Of a stretch of DNA of 64,000 bases, positions 1 through 9,745 are shown one piece after another (within the stretch, counting starts at the first letter, position 1; the number at the start of each line of letters is the position of its first letter). The stretch is from Thalassolituus sp. UBA674 (GTDB taxonomy: Bacteria > Pseudomonadota > Gammaproteobacteria > Pseudomonadales > Oceanobacteraceae): contig DBNK01000033.1 in the NCBI GenBank assembly GCA_002298335.1, positions 7,828 to 71,827 of the forward strand, in the 5' to 3' direction. The notes below the pieces were generated by a model that did not search any database, was not told the origin of the DNA, and was given only the letters and a program-made list of their open reading frames with translations. Position numbers and translations under genes: made by a program.

Positions 1-398
1 TGCAGACCAGCGATGAACATATTTACGCCATTGGCGACTGCTGTTGTCTGCTGCAGCCCAATGGCAAGCCGGTTCCCCCCAGAGCACAGGCCGCACACCA
101 GATGGCCAGCCATCTGTTCAAGGTCCTGATGGCGCGGAACACAGGTAAGAAAGTCCCGGATTTCAACTACCGCGATCATGGCTCGCTGGTATCACTCAGC
201 CAGTACTCCACGGTGGGCAGCCTGATGGGTAACCTCACCGGGAAATCCCTCATGATCGAAGGTCGCATTGCGCGTTTCGTCTACATCTCTCTGTACCGTA
301 TGCACCAGATCGCTCTGCATGGGTACCTGCGTACTGTGCTGATGTCACTGACGGGTAAGATCAACCGGGTTATCCGGCCACGCCTGAAGCTGCACTGA
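1..398 (+). CDS. ndh: Type II NADH dehydrogenase (NDH-2), C-terminal fragment; 5' end lies outside the window
   Basis: Frame 3 reads ...[11 protein letters not shown]...[14 protein letters not shown]...[10 protein letters not shown]... to the stop at 396-398, typical of an NDH-2 C-terminus. Confidence 0.8.
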   Translation, partial: QTSDEHIYAIGDCCCLLQPNGKPVPPRAQAAHQMASHLFKVLMARNTGKKVPDFNYRDHGSLVSLSQYSTVGSLMGNLTGKSLMIEGRIARFVYISLYRMHQIALHGYLRTVLMSLTGKINRVIRPRLKLH

Positions 399-549
399 GC
401 CCCACCCGGGGCTGTCACACTGCCGCGCCAGCTCTGTCTCTGCATTCTCTTTCGCAGGCGTCGGAGAGGCAGTAACAGAAACTGAAGGCACAGAGTCAGG
501 GAAGAGGTAAGCAGCGTGGTTTAAAACACGCAGCAGGATGGCCGTGATA

Positions 550-1572
550 TCAGTCGTCAGTTCCGGTCTGACGGAATTCACCGGGTGTCATTCCGGTCCA
601 GCGGCGGAAGGCCTTGTAGAAGGCACTTGGTTCTGTGTAACCCACCAGGTAGGCAATTTCGTACAGAGGCTGGTCGCCTTCGGCAATCAGTTTGATAGCC
701 AGCTTCTGACGCGCATCATCCAGCAGCTGTTGATAAGTAGTACCCAGAGGTCGCAGGCGGCGTTGCAGATTACGCACACTGATCCCCAGCTGCGATGCCA
801 CGTAATCCTGAGAGACATTGCGCTGCAGCAGACTGGTCTCCAGAATTTCACAGATTTCCTGATACAGACGGACATCTTCTTCAAAACGGGCATACTGTTT
901 ACGCAGTTCACGCATCGCTGTCAGGAAGCGGGCCGGATCAGCGGTCTCTGCTTTTCTGAGCCAGGCATCCTTACTGATTTCCAGCAGGAAGTTCTCACCG
1001 GGAACCACCCGGATAGCAATACGTTCACTGACGTCTTTATCAGCAGGAACCATAGGGGCCGGAATGATCATCGTCAGATCATCATCACAGCGGGTTTTAC
1101 CCAGGGAATTGGCGAACAGCCGGGCAAGAAAGACCACGCCCGAACAGACCTGAAAATCAGACCCTGCACCCAATATCGGAGCACGGGTTTCCAGAACGAC
1201 CTTCTCGTCTGTCTCTTCAATTTTTTCGAAGCTGAAGCTGCCCGTGTTGTAGTAAATATTCTTCAGAACAACATCGAAGCCGGTGCGCAGGTTCTCAGAT
1301 GAAATAACGGCCCGCTGCAGGGGGAAAGACTGATTGGCCATGTAGCTGCCAATGTCATAGGGCACCATAGGGTCATCGAGCTCATTCGATACGTAACGGT
1401 ATACAGCGGATATACGGTCTGCCGGTATGCGGCGCGGGAAAGGAAGAGATTCGTCTATCTCCAGAATTTCCCAAACCTTATCCATATCAACTCCGGTACT
1501 TGCCCAGAAATTCAGCAAATTCTGCGCAATTATGAAGTCGACCTGTGCCGTCGGTATCATGCAAGTCTCCAA
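550..1572 (-). CDS. AraC/XylS family transcriptional regulator
   Basis: 340-aa ORF with a C-terminal double HTH (VSQDYVASQLGISVRNLQRRL ... IAYLVGYTEPSAFYKAFRRWTGMTPGEFR). Confidence 0.85.
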   Translation of the reverse strand: METCMIPTAQVDFIIAQNLLNFWASTGVDMDKVWEILEIDESLPFPRRIPADRISAVYRYVSNELDDPMVPYDIGSYMANQSFPLQRAVISSENLRTGFDVVLKNIYYNTGSFSFEKIEETDEKVVLETRAPILGAGSDFQVCSGVVFLARLFANSLGKTRCDDDLTMIIPAPMVPADKDVSERIAIRVVPGENFLLEISKDAWLRKAETADPARFLTAMRELRKQYARFEEDVRLYQEICEILETSLLQRNVSQDYVASQLGISVRNLQRRLRPLGTTYQQLLDDARQKLAIKLIAEGDQPLYEIAYLVGYTEPSAFYKAFRRWTGMTPGEFRQTGTDD

Positions 1573-1611
1573 TCCATCCCATTTGCAGAGGCAGTCCGCA
1601 TGCCTCCCGCA

Positions 1612-1637
1612 TCAAAAAAACGAATGTTTTTCGTTAT
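1612..1637 (-). terminator. Weak AT-rich hairpin plus U-run, possible recA-recX terminator
   Basis: The minus-strand RNA reads AACGAA-aaaca-UUCGUU followed by a U-run. The stem is only 6 bp and sits ~180 nt after the recX stop. Confidence 0.3.
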
Positions 1638-1817
1638 TTGCTGCAAAGGCTGATGATCTTAACCCGCCCTGAAAGTGTCAATAGACTGAGGCGACACTGA
1701 CAGCTGAGTCAGGTGAACAGTAGTACTAAATACGTGTTTTATTGCTACCGAGTGCTAATGATAAAGAACTAGATAAGGACTATTCAGGCCAGAGATTCCT
1801 GTATAAGCAAAGGCTGA

Positions 1818-2315
1818 TCAAGCCGTATCTTCTTCTCCGCTGAGTACCGGGTCCTGGAGGACAGACTGGATAATATCCGGCGTAAATCCCCGATAAAGCA
1901 GAAAACGATAGAGTTTCGGCCTGGCTTCAGACAATGGCAGCTTCAGTGTTCTGAGTTTTTTCACAGCTTCAGCCCTTGCCGCTTCATACCATGAGATCTC
2001 GTCCGTCTGCCCGATGGCTTCCTCTGCCATACTCTGATCGATTCCTTTGCCGGAAAGATCGCGGGAAATCCGCAGCGGACCCCGCCCACGCCGAACCAAC
2101 GAATTCACCAACTGCGAAGTAAAACGCTGGTCAGACTGCCAGCCAAGAGTGGCAAGATAATCCAGAACCTCATTCAGGGTTTCAGTAGATTCCGCCAGAG
2201 GAGAGAGTTTGCGCCAGAGTTCCTGGCGGGAGTAATCGCGACGGCCCAGAAGAGCCGTCGCGCGATTGATCAGATCCGATCGGTCGAGCGGATCAGGCTT
2301 CAGCTTCTTCTTCAT
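1818..2315 (-). CDS. recX: Recombination regulator RecX
   Basis: 165-aa ORF immediately downstream of recA, overlapping it by 23 nt. RecX-like repeats ([13 protein letters not shown], ...[10 protein letters not shown]). Confidence 0.9.
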   Translation of the reverse strand: MKKKLKPDPLDRSDLINRATALLGRRDYSRQELWRKLSPLAESTETLNEVLDYLATLGWQSDQRFTSQLVNSLVRRGRGPLRISRDLSGKGIDQSMAEEAIGQTDEISWYEAARAEAVKKLRTLKLPLSEARPKLYRFLLYRGFTPDIIQSVLQDPVLSGEEDTA

Positions 2316-3327
2316 TTTCCTCAGAAGCAGAGTCGGCCGCGATGGTCAGCATCTGAGCCCGGATCTGCTCTTCGATCTCATTGGCGATTTCCGGATGCTC
2401 TTCCAGATAGCTGGCAGAGTTGGCTTTACCCTGACCGATCTTGTTGCCGTTATAGCTGTACCAAGCACCGGATTTATCAACGATTTTGCACTTCACACCC
2501 AGGTCAATCACTTCGCCCATGTGATAAATACCGGAACCGTACATGATCTGGAACTCAGCCTGTTTGAACGGTGGTGCCACTTTGTTCTTCACCACTTTCA
2601 CACGGGTTTCGTTACCAATGATTTCTTCGCCCTGTTTCACCGAACCGATACGGCGGATGTCCAGACGTACCGAGGAGTAGAACTTCAGGGCGTTACCACC
2701 GGTCGTGGTTTCCGGGCTGCCGAACATCACACCGATCTTCATGCGGATCTGGTTAATGAAGATGACCAGACAGTTGGCGTGTTTCACATTGGCGGTGATT
2801 TTACGCAACGCCTGAGACATCAGACGCGCCTGCAGGCCGACGTGGCTGTCACCCATTTCGCCTTCGATTTCAGCACGCGGGGTCAGTGCGGCGACCGAGT
2901 CGACCACAATCACATCAACCGCGTTGGAACGGACCAGGCTGTCACAGATTTCCAGTGCCTGTTCACCGGTATCCGGCTGTGACACCAGCAGGTTGTCGAG
3001 GTTAACACCCAGTTTCTCCGCGTACAGCGGGTCGAGTGCGTGCTCCGCGTCGATGATGGCGACGGTCTTACCGGACTTCTGCGCCTGTGCCATGACTGAC
3101 AGACACATGGTGGTTTTACCTGAGCTTTCCGGTCCGTAGATTTCAACAATACGACCAAATGGCAGACCACCGATACCCAGCGCAATATCCAGACTCAGGG
3201 AGCCGGTTGATACCGATGGGATGGCATCACGTGGCTGCTCGCCCATCTTCATGATGGCGCCTTTGCCGAACTGACGTTCGATCTGACTCAGAGCGGCTTC
3301 AAGTGCTTTCTGTTTGTTTGCGTCCAT
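2293..3327 (-). CDS. recA: Recombinase RecA
   Basis: 344 aa with Walker [10 protein letters not shown] and canonical RecA sequence throughout ([10 protein letters not shown]..., [29 protein letters not shown]). Confidence 0.99.
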   Translation of the reverse strand: MDANKQKALEAALSQIERQFGKGAIMKMGEQPRDAIPSVSTGSLSLDIALGIGGLPFGRIVEIYGPESSGKTTMCLSVMAQAQKSGKTVAIIDAEHALDPLYAEKLGVNLDNLLVSQPDTGEQALEICDSLVRSNAVDVIVVDSVAALTPRAEIEGEMGDSHVGLQARLMSQALRKITANVKHANCLVIFINQIRMKIGVMFGSPETTTGGNALKFYSSVRLDIRRIGSVKQGEEIIGNETRVKVVKNKVAPPFKQAEFQIMYGSGIYHMGEVIDLGVKCKIVDKSGAWYSYNGNKIGQGKANSASYLEEHPEIANEIEEQIRAQMLTIAADSASEENEEEAEA

Positions 3328-3353
3328 TGTCGGGTCCTCTGCTGGTCATAGGC

Positions 3354-3369
3354 CTGTAAATTTAACCAG
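3354..3369. promoter_or_regulatory. LexA (SOS) box upstream of recA
   Basis: CTGTAAATTTAACCAG has the CTG-N10-CAG form and differs by one base from the CTGT-N8-ACAG consensus. It lies 27-42 nt upstream of the recA ATG. Confidence 0.7.
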
Positions 3370-3409
3370 TATTTAAGCACAGCTGTTTTCAGCTGCCAAG
3401 CGTTACTGG

Positions 3410-3889
3410 TTATTTATCCAGATATTTCAGGATCAGCCCCAGCGCGAAGTCGACACTGGCCTGCCTGATTGCTGTGCGGTCTCCCGTAAAATGGCAGCAT
3501 TCCACCAGCTGCTCTGCGGCGTTTCCGCAGGCAAACCAGACGGTACCCACCGGCTTGCCGGGCACGGCGCCCCCCGGACCGGCAATGCCACTGACGGCCA
3601 CGGCCACATCGCCGTAACGGGCTGCTCCGGACACCATAGCGCGGACGGCTTCTCCACTGACTGCACCGTGCTGCTCAAGCACCGCAGCAGGTACTGCGAG
3701 GTCGCGCATTTTGGCGTCGTTGGAGTAAGTGACAAAGCCACATTCAAACCACTGACTGCTGCCAGCCAGATCGGTACAGGCTGCAGCGACCCCACCTCCT
3801 GTACAGGATTCAGCGGTAACCAGACGCAGCTTAAGGGTAAGAAGTTGTTCTGCCAGCTGCTGACAAAGGGCCTGGGTATTGAAAGACAT
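3410..3889 (-). CDS. pncC: CinA-family nicotinamide-nucleotide amidohydrolase (PncC-type, C-terminal domain only)
   Basis: 159 aa with LVTAESCTGG...VTYSNDAK...VSGIAGPGG motifs, in the conserved position upstream of recA. Confidence 0.85.
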   Translation of the reverse strand: MSFNTQALCQQLAEQLLTLKLRLVTAESCTGGGVAAACTDLAGSSQWFECGFVTYSNDAKMRDLAVPAAVLEQHGAVSGEAVRAMVSGAARYGDVAVAVSGIAGPGGAVPGKPVGTVWFACGNAAEQLVECCHFTGDRTAIRQASVDFALGLILKYLDK

Positions 3890-4053
3890 GTTCTGCTCCG
3901 GATTGGCCTGGCATGAGCTCTGTACTGATACACAGCCACTTCAAGACTTCGGAATATATCACTGAAGATACCTCTGGTCAGAGCCTCCAGGCAGAACACT
4001 GATCAGAACGCCAGGCAAAACTCAGTGATGGAACCCCGCTCCGGCGAAGCGCA

Positions 4054-4716
4054 TTAACCTCTGGCTTTAAGCTGGCTGACCTGCTCTTCCAGCTCCGCGA
4101 TGCGCTGATCGCGCCCGGCCAGCAATGCTTCTGCCTGCTCCGGATCAAGCCATTGCGGGATATGCTGGGGGCAGTTCCTGTCCCAGGCGTCGACCCTGAA
4201 GATAACAACCTGCTCTCCCCGTGCCGGATATTCTCCCTGTGCGGACATCAGTGCGGCCAACAGGTCCGGCTGGTCCTCAATGACCTCCGCCTGCCCCCAG
4301 AGCTTGAAGCGGATTTTGCTGTAATAATCCATCAGGAAGATAAACGCCCGGGGGTTATCCGCCAGATTACCCTGGCTGATGTACTGGCGGTTTCCGCGGA
4401 AGTCAGCGAAGACCAGAGTCCGCTTATCGATTACTTTCAGGAACCCCGGTGGCCCTCCGCGGTGCTGAATATACGGCTGACCATCTGCATTTGCCGTTGC
4501 CAGATAAAAACTCCTCTGCCGGGCCACAAAGGCTGCCAGCTCAGAAGAGATATCCGTTTGCCAGCCGCCCTGCTGTTCCATACGGGCGTACAGCTGCCGT
4601 GATCCCTTACGGGCCTGAATGGCTTTAACGGTCTCTGTAAACGCAATGTCGCTGGCGTACTTCACTTTTATCGTCTCCCGGTCATAAGCCCAGGTCGCTG
4701 AGCCCGGGGTGGTCAT
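4054..4716 (-). CDS. Pyridoxamine 5'-phosphate oxidase-like FMN-binding protein
   Basis: The ORF is open from 4788; the start at M25 (4716) is preferred. PNPOx-like core [23 protein letters not shown]...[16 protein letters not shown]. The start is uncertain. Confidence 0.65.
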   Translation of the reverse strand: MTTPGSATWAYDRETIKVKYASDIAFTETVKAIQARKGSRQLYARMEQQGGWQTDISSELAAFVARQRSFYLATANADGQPYIQHRGGPPGFLKVIDKRTLVFADFRGNRQYISQGNLADNPRAFIFLMDYYSKIRFKLWGQAEVIEDQPDLLAALMSAQGEYPARGEQVVIFRVDAWDRNCPQHIPQWLDPEQAEALLAGRDQRIAELEEQVSQLKARG

Positions 4717-5146
4717 CCGGACGACGGCCCGCCGGCCAGAAGAACTTACGTTCGTCTTCGCGGATGGGGTGTTCATTGATGCTGGCAATACGGCGTTGCA
4801 TTAAACCTTGGTCGTCAAACTCCCAGTTTTCATTGCCGTAGGCGCGGAACCACTGCCCGGAATCATCGTGAAACTCATAAGCAAAGCGCACAGCAATGCG
4901 GTTTTCTGTGTATGCCCAGAGCTCTTTGATGAGACGGTAATCGAGTTCCCGGGTCCACTTGCGTGTCAGCAGCTGCACAATCTCTTCCCGTCCGGAGACG
5001 AACTCTGCGCGGTTACGCCAGTGACAGTCCGGGGTGTAAGCGAGAGAGACCTTCTGCGGGTCGCGGCTGTTCCAGCCATCTTCCGCCAGACGGATTTTTT
5101 CGCTCGCGGTCTCCCGGGAAAAAGGCGGTAAAGGGGGTCTTGGCAT
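4682..5146 (-). CDS. DUF1348 / SnoaL-like (NTF2 fold) protein
   Basis: 154 aa: [24 protein letters not shown]...[34 protein letters not shown], typical of DUF1348. Confidence 0.7.
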   Translation of the reverse strand: MPRPPLPPFSRETASEKIRLAEDGWNSRDPQKVSLAYTPDCHWRNRAEFVSGREEIVQLLTRKWTRELDYRLIKELWAYTENRIAVRFAYEFHDDSGQWFRAYGNENWEFDDQGLMQRRIASINEHPIREDERKFFWPAGRRPDDHPGLSDLGL

Positions 5147-5211
5147 GGTGATATCCTCAATTAAATCAGCAGAAACCAGAGGAAGGTGATATCCCCTCCT
5201 CCGCGGTAAGA

Positions 5212-5760
5212 TCAGTCAACCAGAGTTTTTACACCCGGGAAATCGACGTCGGTTCCCAGTACATCATTCATGTAGTTGGTGAGTGTATTCAACGCAACCA
5301 GCCCAACAATCTCGACGATTTCGGCATTGCTGTAGCCAGCAGCCTGTACCCGGGCGACATCGGCATCAGACACCTTACCGCGCAGCTCAGTGATCCTGAC
5401 AGCGAATGCAACGGCAACGGCCGCTTTGTCATCCGCAGACGTACCACGGCGGTTTGCTTCGATCTCTTCAGCACTCAACTTCGCCAGATTCGTTGCCAGA
5501 TAGCTATGTGCGGCAAGGCAATAGCTACAGCCATTGAATTCAGAGACCGCCAGCGCAATGCGCTCACGGGTCTGGGCGCTCAGCGAACCCCCGCCCAGTG
5601 CACTGTTAAGGCCGAGATAGCCATCCAGAGCCTGCGGGCTGTTAGCAACAATCCGGAACAGGTTAGGAACACTGCCGAGCAGACTGTTGACGGCTTCAAG
5701 TGAGGAACGGGAAGCCTCCGGTGCGGCTTCAATGGACTCCGGTGTTGGGATGCGTGACAT
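5212..5760 (-). CDS. Carboxymuconolactone decarboxylase / AhpD-like peroxidase family protein
   Basis: 182 aa with an AhpD-type CxxC..H motif ([10 protein letters not shown]). Confidence 0.75.
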   Translation of the reverse strand: MSRIPTPESIEAAPEASRSSLEAVNSLLGSVPNLFRIVANSPQALDGYLGLNSALGGGSLSAQTRERIALAVSEFNGCSYCLAAHSYLATNLAKLSAEEIEANRRGTSADDKAAVAVAFAVRITELRGKVSDADVARVQAAGYSNAEIVEIVGLVALNTLTNYMNDVLGTDVDFPGVKTLVD

Positions 5761-5834
5761 GGTTTACTCCTGCTTATCTGTGAAAGGAGAAACCAGCTTA
5801 CAGTTAACTTTTCAGATAATAATTAGAGTTAAAT

Positions 5835-5859
5835 TTCATTATCTATTACATATAATGAA
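5835..5859. promoter_or_regulatory. Inverted repeat TTCATTAT-N9-ATAATGAA in the divergent LysR/AhpD-like intergenic region (candidate LysR-type site)
   Basis: Perfect 8-bp arms that contain a T-N11-A core, about 30 nt upstream of the LysR gene start. Confidence 0.4.
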
Positions 5860-5890
5860 ATAAATACAACACCTGTACCGGGGGCCGGTG

Positions 5891-6826
5891 ATGGACAAAC
5901 TGGAAGCAATGCGGGTGTTCACCGCGGTGGCTGACTGTCAGAGCTTTGTCTCAGCCAGCCGGGAACTGGACCTTTCTGCCCCTGCGGTAACGCGCTCAAT
6001 CGCTCAGCTTGAGCAGTCACTCGGGGTAAAGCTCTTCAACCGGACAACCCGTCAGGTGCGCCTTACCGATGTCGGAATGCGCTACTACGAAGATGCCAGA
6101 CGCATACTGGAAGACGTTGAGCAGGCCGAGGCCACAGCGTCAGGCAGTTATGCCGAGCCCAAAGGCGTGCTGTCGCTGACCGCCCCAGTCCTGTTCGGAC
6201 AGAAATACATTGTCCCGGTGGTCGCGGAATACCTGCAGCAGAACCCCGCAGTCAGCGTTGACGCCATGTTTTACGACCGTGTCAGTAACATTCTGGATGA
6301 GGGTCTGGACGTGGCTATCCGCATCGGCCACCTCAAAGACTCCAGTTTCTACGCGACAGAGGTCGGAAGCATTCAGCGGGTGGTGTGTGCCTCGCCTGAG
6401 TATCTGAAAAAACACGGAACGCCACAGCAGCCATCGGACCTGACCGGGCACGAAATTATTCACGCCCTGACGGTCGAGCCTTCAACAACCTGGCGTTTTG
6501 AGTCAACTCCCCAGGGCAAGGAATCTGTCAGGTTGTCCCCACGCCTGCGCTACAACCAGAACAGTGCTGCAATTGCTGCCGCCTGTATGGGAATGGGGAT
6601 CACACGTGTGATGTCTTATCAGGTTGCGGAAGAATTAAACCAGGGATCGCTGACGCGTATACTGCAGGACTTTGAAAGTGCACCGCTGCCGGTTCATATT
6701 GTGTATATGGAAGGCCGCCAGACCAACGCCAAAATACGTGCCTTTGTCGACCTGGCGGTTAAGCGCCTGAGAGAAAACCCTTACACAGGGTACAAGACAT
6801 CAGATGCGCTTACCGTGAGCGGATAA
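5891..6826 (+). CDS. LysR family transcriptional regulator
   Basis: N-terminal wHTH (FVSASRELDLSAPAVTRSIAQLEQSLGVKLFNR) plus a LysR substrate domain. ATG at 5891; an in-frame GTG at 5888 is also possible. Confidence 0.9.
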   Translation: MDKLEAMRVFTAVADCQSFVSASRELDLSAPAVTRSIAQLEQSLGVKLFNRTTRQVRLTDVGMRYYEDARRILEDVEQAEATASGSYAEPKGVLSLTAPVLFGQKYIVPVVAEYLQQNPAVSVDAMFYDRVSNILDEGLDVAIRIGHLKDSSFYATEVGSIQRVVCASPEYLKKHGTPQQPSDLTGHEIIHALTVEPSTTWRFESTPQGKESVRLSPRLRYNQNSAAIAAACMGMGITRVMSYQVAEELNQGSLTRILQDFESAPLPVHIVYMEGRQTNAKIRAFVDLAVKRLRENPYTGYKTSDALTVSG

Positions 6827-6927
6827 AATACAATTTTTTTGTCGGAGGAGATCGTTATGAAAAGAGACCCGTCGGCCGGAAATTTCCAATTTCAAAAAGC
6901 CGCTTGATCGCTTTTCAGATCTGCATC

Positions 6928-7389
6928 TTAAATCTGCCTTTTAAATCTGTTTTTTAACCAGCCATCAAACGACAGTTTACCCGGCCCCCAGATCAGCAAC
7001 TGAGCCAGGAGAACACCCCAGAGAACATGTTGCATCAGGGCTGCCGGTGCAATTTCTGCAAGACTGACCACCGCAACTATATTGACAATACTCAGACCCA
7101 GTGCTCCCACCCGACCGGCCAGGCCGAGTACCAGCAGTACCGGCAACAGGATCTCTCCGGATGTTGCCAGCCAGGCAGCCAACTCGAAAGGCAGCAAAGG
7201 GACTGAGTACTCCTCTTCAAATAAAAACAGCGTGGTATCCCAATCTGAGAGTTTAGTCAGACCCGATGCAAAGAACACCCTGGCAAGGTACAGACGTGCG
7301 GCCAGCAGTGCTGCAGGTTGTAAGTAGTCCAGCAGTCTGGCTGCCAGTCCATAAGACGTGGTAAGACGCCCTGATAATGTCGTTGTCAT
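6928..7389 (-). CDS. DoxX family membrane protein (last gene of the bufferin-like operon)
   Basis: 153 aa with four hydrophobic helices and FFASGLTKL... DoxX-like sequence. SD AGGAGA upstream. Confidence 0.75.
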   Translation of the reverse strand: MTTTLSGRLTTSYGLAARLLDYLQPAALLAARLYLARVFFASGLTKLSDWDTTLFLFEEEYSVPLLPFELAAWLATSGEILLPVLLVLGLAGRVGALGLSIVNIVAVVSLAEIAPAALMQHVLWGVLLAQLLIWGPGKLSFDGWLKNRFKRQI

Positions 7390-7419
7390 AATAAAAAATC
7401 TCCTGTTAAACCTACTGAA

Positions 7420-8181
7420 TCAGGCTGTCAGATCAGCCGTTGTCACGGCGCTGACAATATTCATAAAGACTGCTTCAGGCAGCCAGTTCTCAAAATTAAA
7501 ATCCGTGTTCTGCATTTCATCCAGTGCGTCTGACAGCCGCATACCCTGCTGTAGAAAAGCGAGCCAGCGCTGTTCGTCCGCAGGAATTTCCCGCACCTGA
7601 ACACGGTGGTTTTTCCGGTATACAAGCGCACCCTGCGTAGCGGTATTCCCTGTTTTTTTGCGGATGCGTCTGATCCGTTCTTCAGTCAACTGATCGCTGT
7701 CATGATGAGCCAGCCAGATATCTGCAAGCGGATAATCTGACGTCACAATCAGAAAGCATTCACTCAATTTCAGCACGACTGAATCAGCAGTCTCTGTTCC
7801 CAGTAATTGCAGACTGTCAAAATCAGTTTCACAATCCGCAGCCCGGCTCAGCTTATGGCAGGCGTAATCCAGTTGTGCGCAGTCACTGACGTAAGGATAG
7901 GACTCCAGCTCAGGCAACTGGCCCAGTAACCGGCCAAAGTGCTCTCCCCAGACACCCCAGTCAGGGGCTGTTGGCGGGAACTCTGACAGCATCTGCTGCG
8001 CTGCATGGCGGAACAGTGACTCACCGATTAACTGCTCTACAGTGGGAAATGTGACCGACAATGCCCGGCAGGCACTGGCGACCAGATTCCGCCGGTAGAT
8101 GGCGAGTCCACGGGGGTCAAAATTACCCGGATTATCGTGACTGAAAATTGAGCGGATCAGCCGTTGCTGTTCAGTGTCCAT
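7420..8181 (-). CDS. bufC: DUF2063 domain protein (partner of the DUF692/MNIO enzyme)
   Basis: MDTEQQRLIRSIF...GLAIYRRNLVASACRALSVTFP matches the DUF2063 N-terminal domain. An alternative start lies at 8202. The gene overlaps the 3' end of the DUF692 gene. Confidence 0.75.
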   Translation of the reverse strand: MDTEQQRLIRSIFSHDNPGNFDPRGLAIYRRNLVASACRALSVTFPTVEQLIGESLFRHAAQQMLSEFPPTAPDWGVWGEHFGRLLGQLPELESYPYVSDCAQLDYACHKLSRAADCETDFDSLQLLGTETADSVVLKLSECFLIVTSDYPLADIWLAHHDSDQLTEERIRRIRKKTGNTATQGALVYRKNHRVQVREIPADEQRWLAFLQQGMRLSDALDEMQNTDFNFENWLPEAVFMNIVSAVTTADLTA

Positions 8182-9064
8182 ACGGGAGAACCTCCTCGGC
8201 AATCTTCCTGGCCTTTTCTGCCTCAGCCGTCAGAACCTGCCAGTCCGGTAAGTCGTTATCCCACTCAATCAGCGTCGGAACAGGCCCGAAACGCTCAAGA
8301 GCAAAGGCATACAGCCACCAGACCTCATCCGCCACCGGACGGGCGTGATCATCAATCATCAACTCGCCAGCGGCCACCGGGCTGCAGCCAGCCAGATGCA
8401 GTTCGCCAACCGCTTCTGCCGGAATACTTTCCAGCCAACGCCGGACATAGCGTTCAACGTTTTCAACACCCTGATTTTTTGCATTCACATACAGGTTGTT
8501 TAAATCGACCAATAAACCACAACCGGTTTCCTGAGTCAGGGCCGTCAGAAACTCCGTCTCACTCATTTCCGAGCCCGGAAGAGTGAGATATGCCGACAGG
8601 TTTTCAAGTAACAGGCGACGCCCAAGAACCTTCTGAACATGGTCAATATTGGCAACCATCCGGAACAGATTTTCCCGGTCAAAAACAACCGGCAGAAGAT
8701 CTCCCGAATGAACAATATGGCCCAGCCATTCCGCCCGGGAAAACGCTACATGATCGGAAATCAGGCACGGCTCAACATCCTCAGCCAGTCGCTTTAATTC
8801 CGGCATATAGCTATCCGGAATCGCACTTTCTGACCCCAGCCCCATGGCTGTGGAATGCAGGCTGACCGGATAATACTGCGCAACCTCCAGCAGGAAGGCC
8901 CGCGCAGCCCCGCCCTTGCCGAAAAAATTCTCCGAATGTACTTCAACAAAATCGAGAGGAGCCGGAGCCGTCAATACATCCCTGAAGTGGGCATGTCTCA
9001 GGCCCACTCCAATGGCTGTGCCTTTTCGGGGTTTCTCTTTACCGACTTTTAAGGCTTCCGACAT
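8171..9064 (-). CDS. bufB: DUF692 / MNIO (multinuclear non-heme iron oxidative) enzyme
   Basis: GVGLRHAHFRDVL...DFVEVHSENFF...SLHSTAMGLGS... TIM-barrel DUF692 sequence. The start is set at 9064 because AGGAGG lies 6 nt upstream; the ORF is open to 9088. Confidence 0.85.
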   Translation of the reverse strand: MSEALKVGKEKPRKGTAIGVGLRHAHFRDVLTAPAPLDFVEVHSENFFGKGGAARAFLLEVAQYYPVSLHSTAMGLGSESAIPDSYMPELKRLAEDVEPCLISDHVAFSRAEWLGHIVHSGDLLPVVFDRENLFRMVANIDHVQKVLGRRLLLENLSAYLTLPGSEMSETEFLTALTQETGCGLLVDLNNLYVNAKNQGVENVERYVRRWLESIPAEAVGELHLAGCSPVAAGELMIDDHARPVADEVWWLYAFALERFGPVPTLIEWDNDLPDWQVLTAEAEKARKIAEEVLPYGH

Positions 9065-9094
9065 ATCCGGCTCCTCCTGTTGCTGCATACGGAA

Positions 9095-9385
9095 TCAGGA
9101 ACGGGCCTGAGCCTGTGCTTCCTGATACTTTTTCTTCGCATCGGCTTTCAGCAGACCACCGAGATCCACACAGGTCCTTTCTGCCACCAGCTTCCACTCA
9201 CCGGGGTCATTCGCGACGGTTGACTGCCCCGCGCAGGAATGCGTACCAGCAAGGTTGGCGCAGTCATTCTGGGCAACTCCGGCAATGCCGTAGCACTTTT
9301 CCTTACCACCCGCATGAGCGGTCGAAACCACCCCGGATGCCATGACAGCAGCCAATGCAGCACTCATTATCAATTGCTTATTCAT
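9095..9385 (-). CDS. bufA: DUF2282 secreted Cys-rich peptide (bufferin-type RiPP precursor)
   Basis: 96 aa. Sec signal peptide MNKQLIMSAALAAVMASGVVSTAHA, then EKCYGIAGVAQNDCANLAGTHSCAGQS...RTC (4 Cys). SD GAGGAA precedes the ATG at 9385. Confidence 0.8.
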   Translation of the reverse strand: MNKQLIMSAALAAVMASGVVSTAHAGGKEKCYGIAGVAQNDCANLAGTHSCAGQSTVANDPGEWKLVAERTCVDLGGLLKADAKKKYQEAQAQARS

Positions 9386-9707
9386 AACGTTTATTCCTCG
9401 ATTGATTAATCCAGTCTGATACCATCTGCGGTGGTGCTGAGCCGACTTTTCTGTCAACCAGATTTCCTTTGTTAAACAGTAATAACGCCGGAACACCCCG
9501 CAGACTGTAATGCGCAGCCAGCGCCGGAAACTGGTCAACATCTGCTTTGATAACCGTCACACTTTCTGCGGACGCAGCTGCAACCTCCTCCATCACCGGC
9601 CCCATGATTTTGCAGGGACCACACCAGGCGGCGGTGAAGTAGATCAGGACCCAATCTTTTTCCTGCACGACCCGGGTGAAATTATCCTCGGCTGAAAGTT
9701 GTCTCAT
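9378..9707 (-). CDS. Thioredoxin (cytoplasmic, WCGPC)
   Basis: 109 aa with a WCGPCK active site and no signal peptide. SD AAGGAGG. Its stop overlaps the bufA start by 8 nt. Confidence 0.9.
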   Translation of the reverse strand: MRQLSAEDNFTRVVQEKDWVLIYFTAAWCGPCKIMGPVMEEVAAASAESVTVIKADVDQFPALAAHYSLRGVPALLLFNKGNLVDRKVGSAPPQMVSDWINQSRNKRYE

Positions 9708-9745
9708 TGTTTACCTCCTTCATTGTCTGGCTGCGCTGGCCGGTA

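Noticed and set aside
538-1302. Long ORFs antisense to well-supported genes, e.g. 538-1302, 2266-2982, 16756-17532, 18442-19185, 21268-22218, 33446-34090, 55368-56129 and 57912-58754.
   Set aside because: Each lies opposite a gene with unmistakable family motifs (AraC, recA, hisD, murA, mlaF, yhdP, carboxylase). Their translations are low-complexity and rich in R, G, H and Q, as expected of shadow frames in GC-rich DNA.
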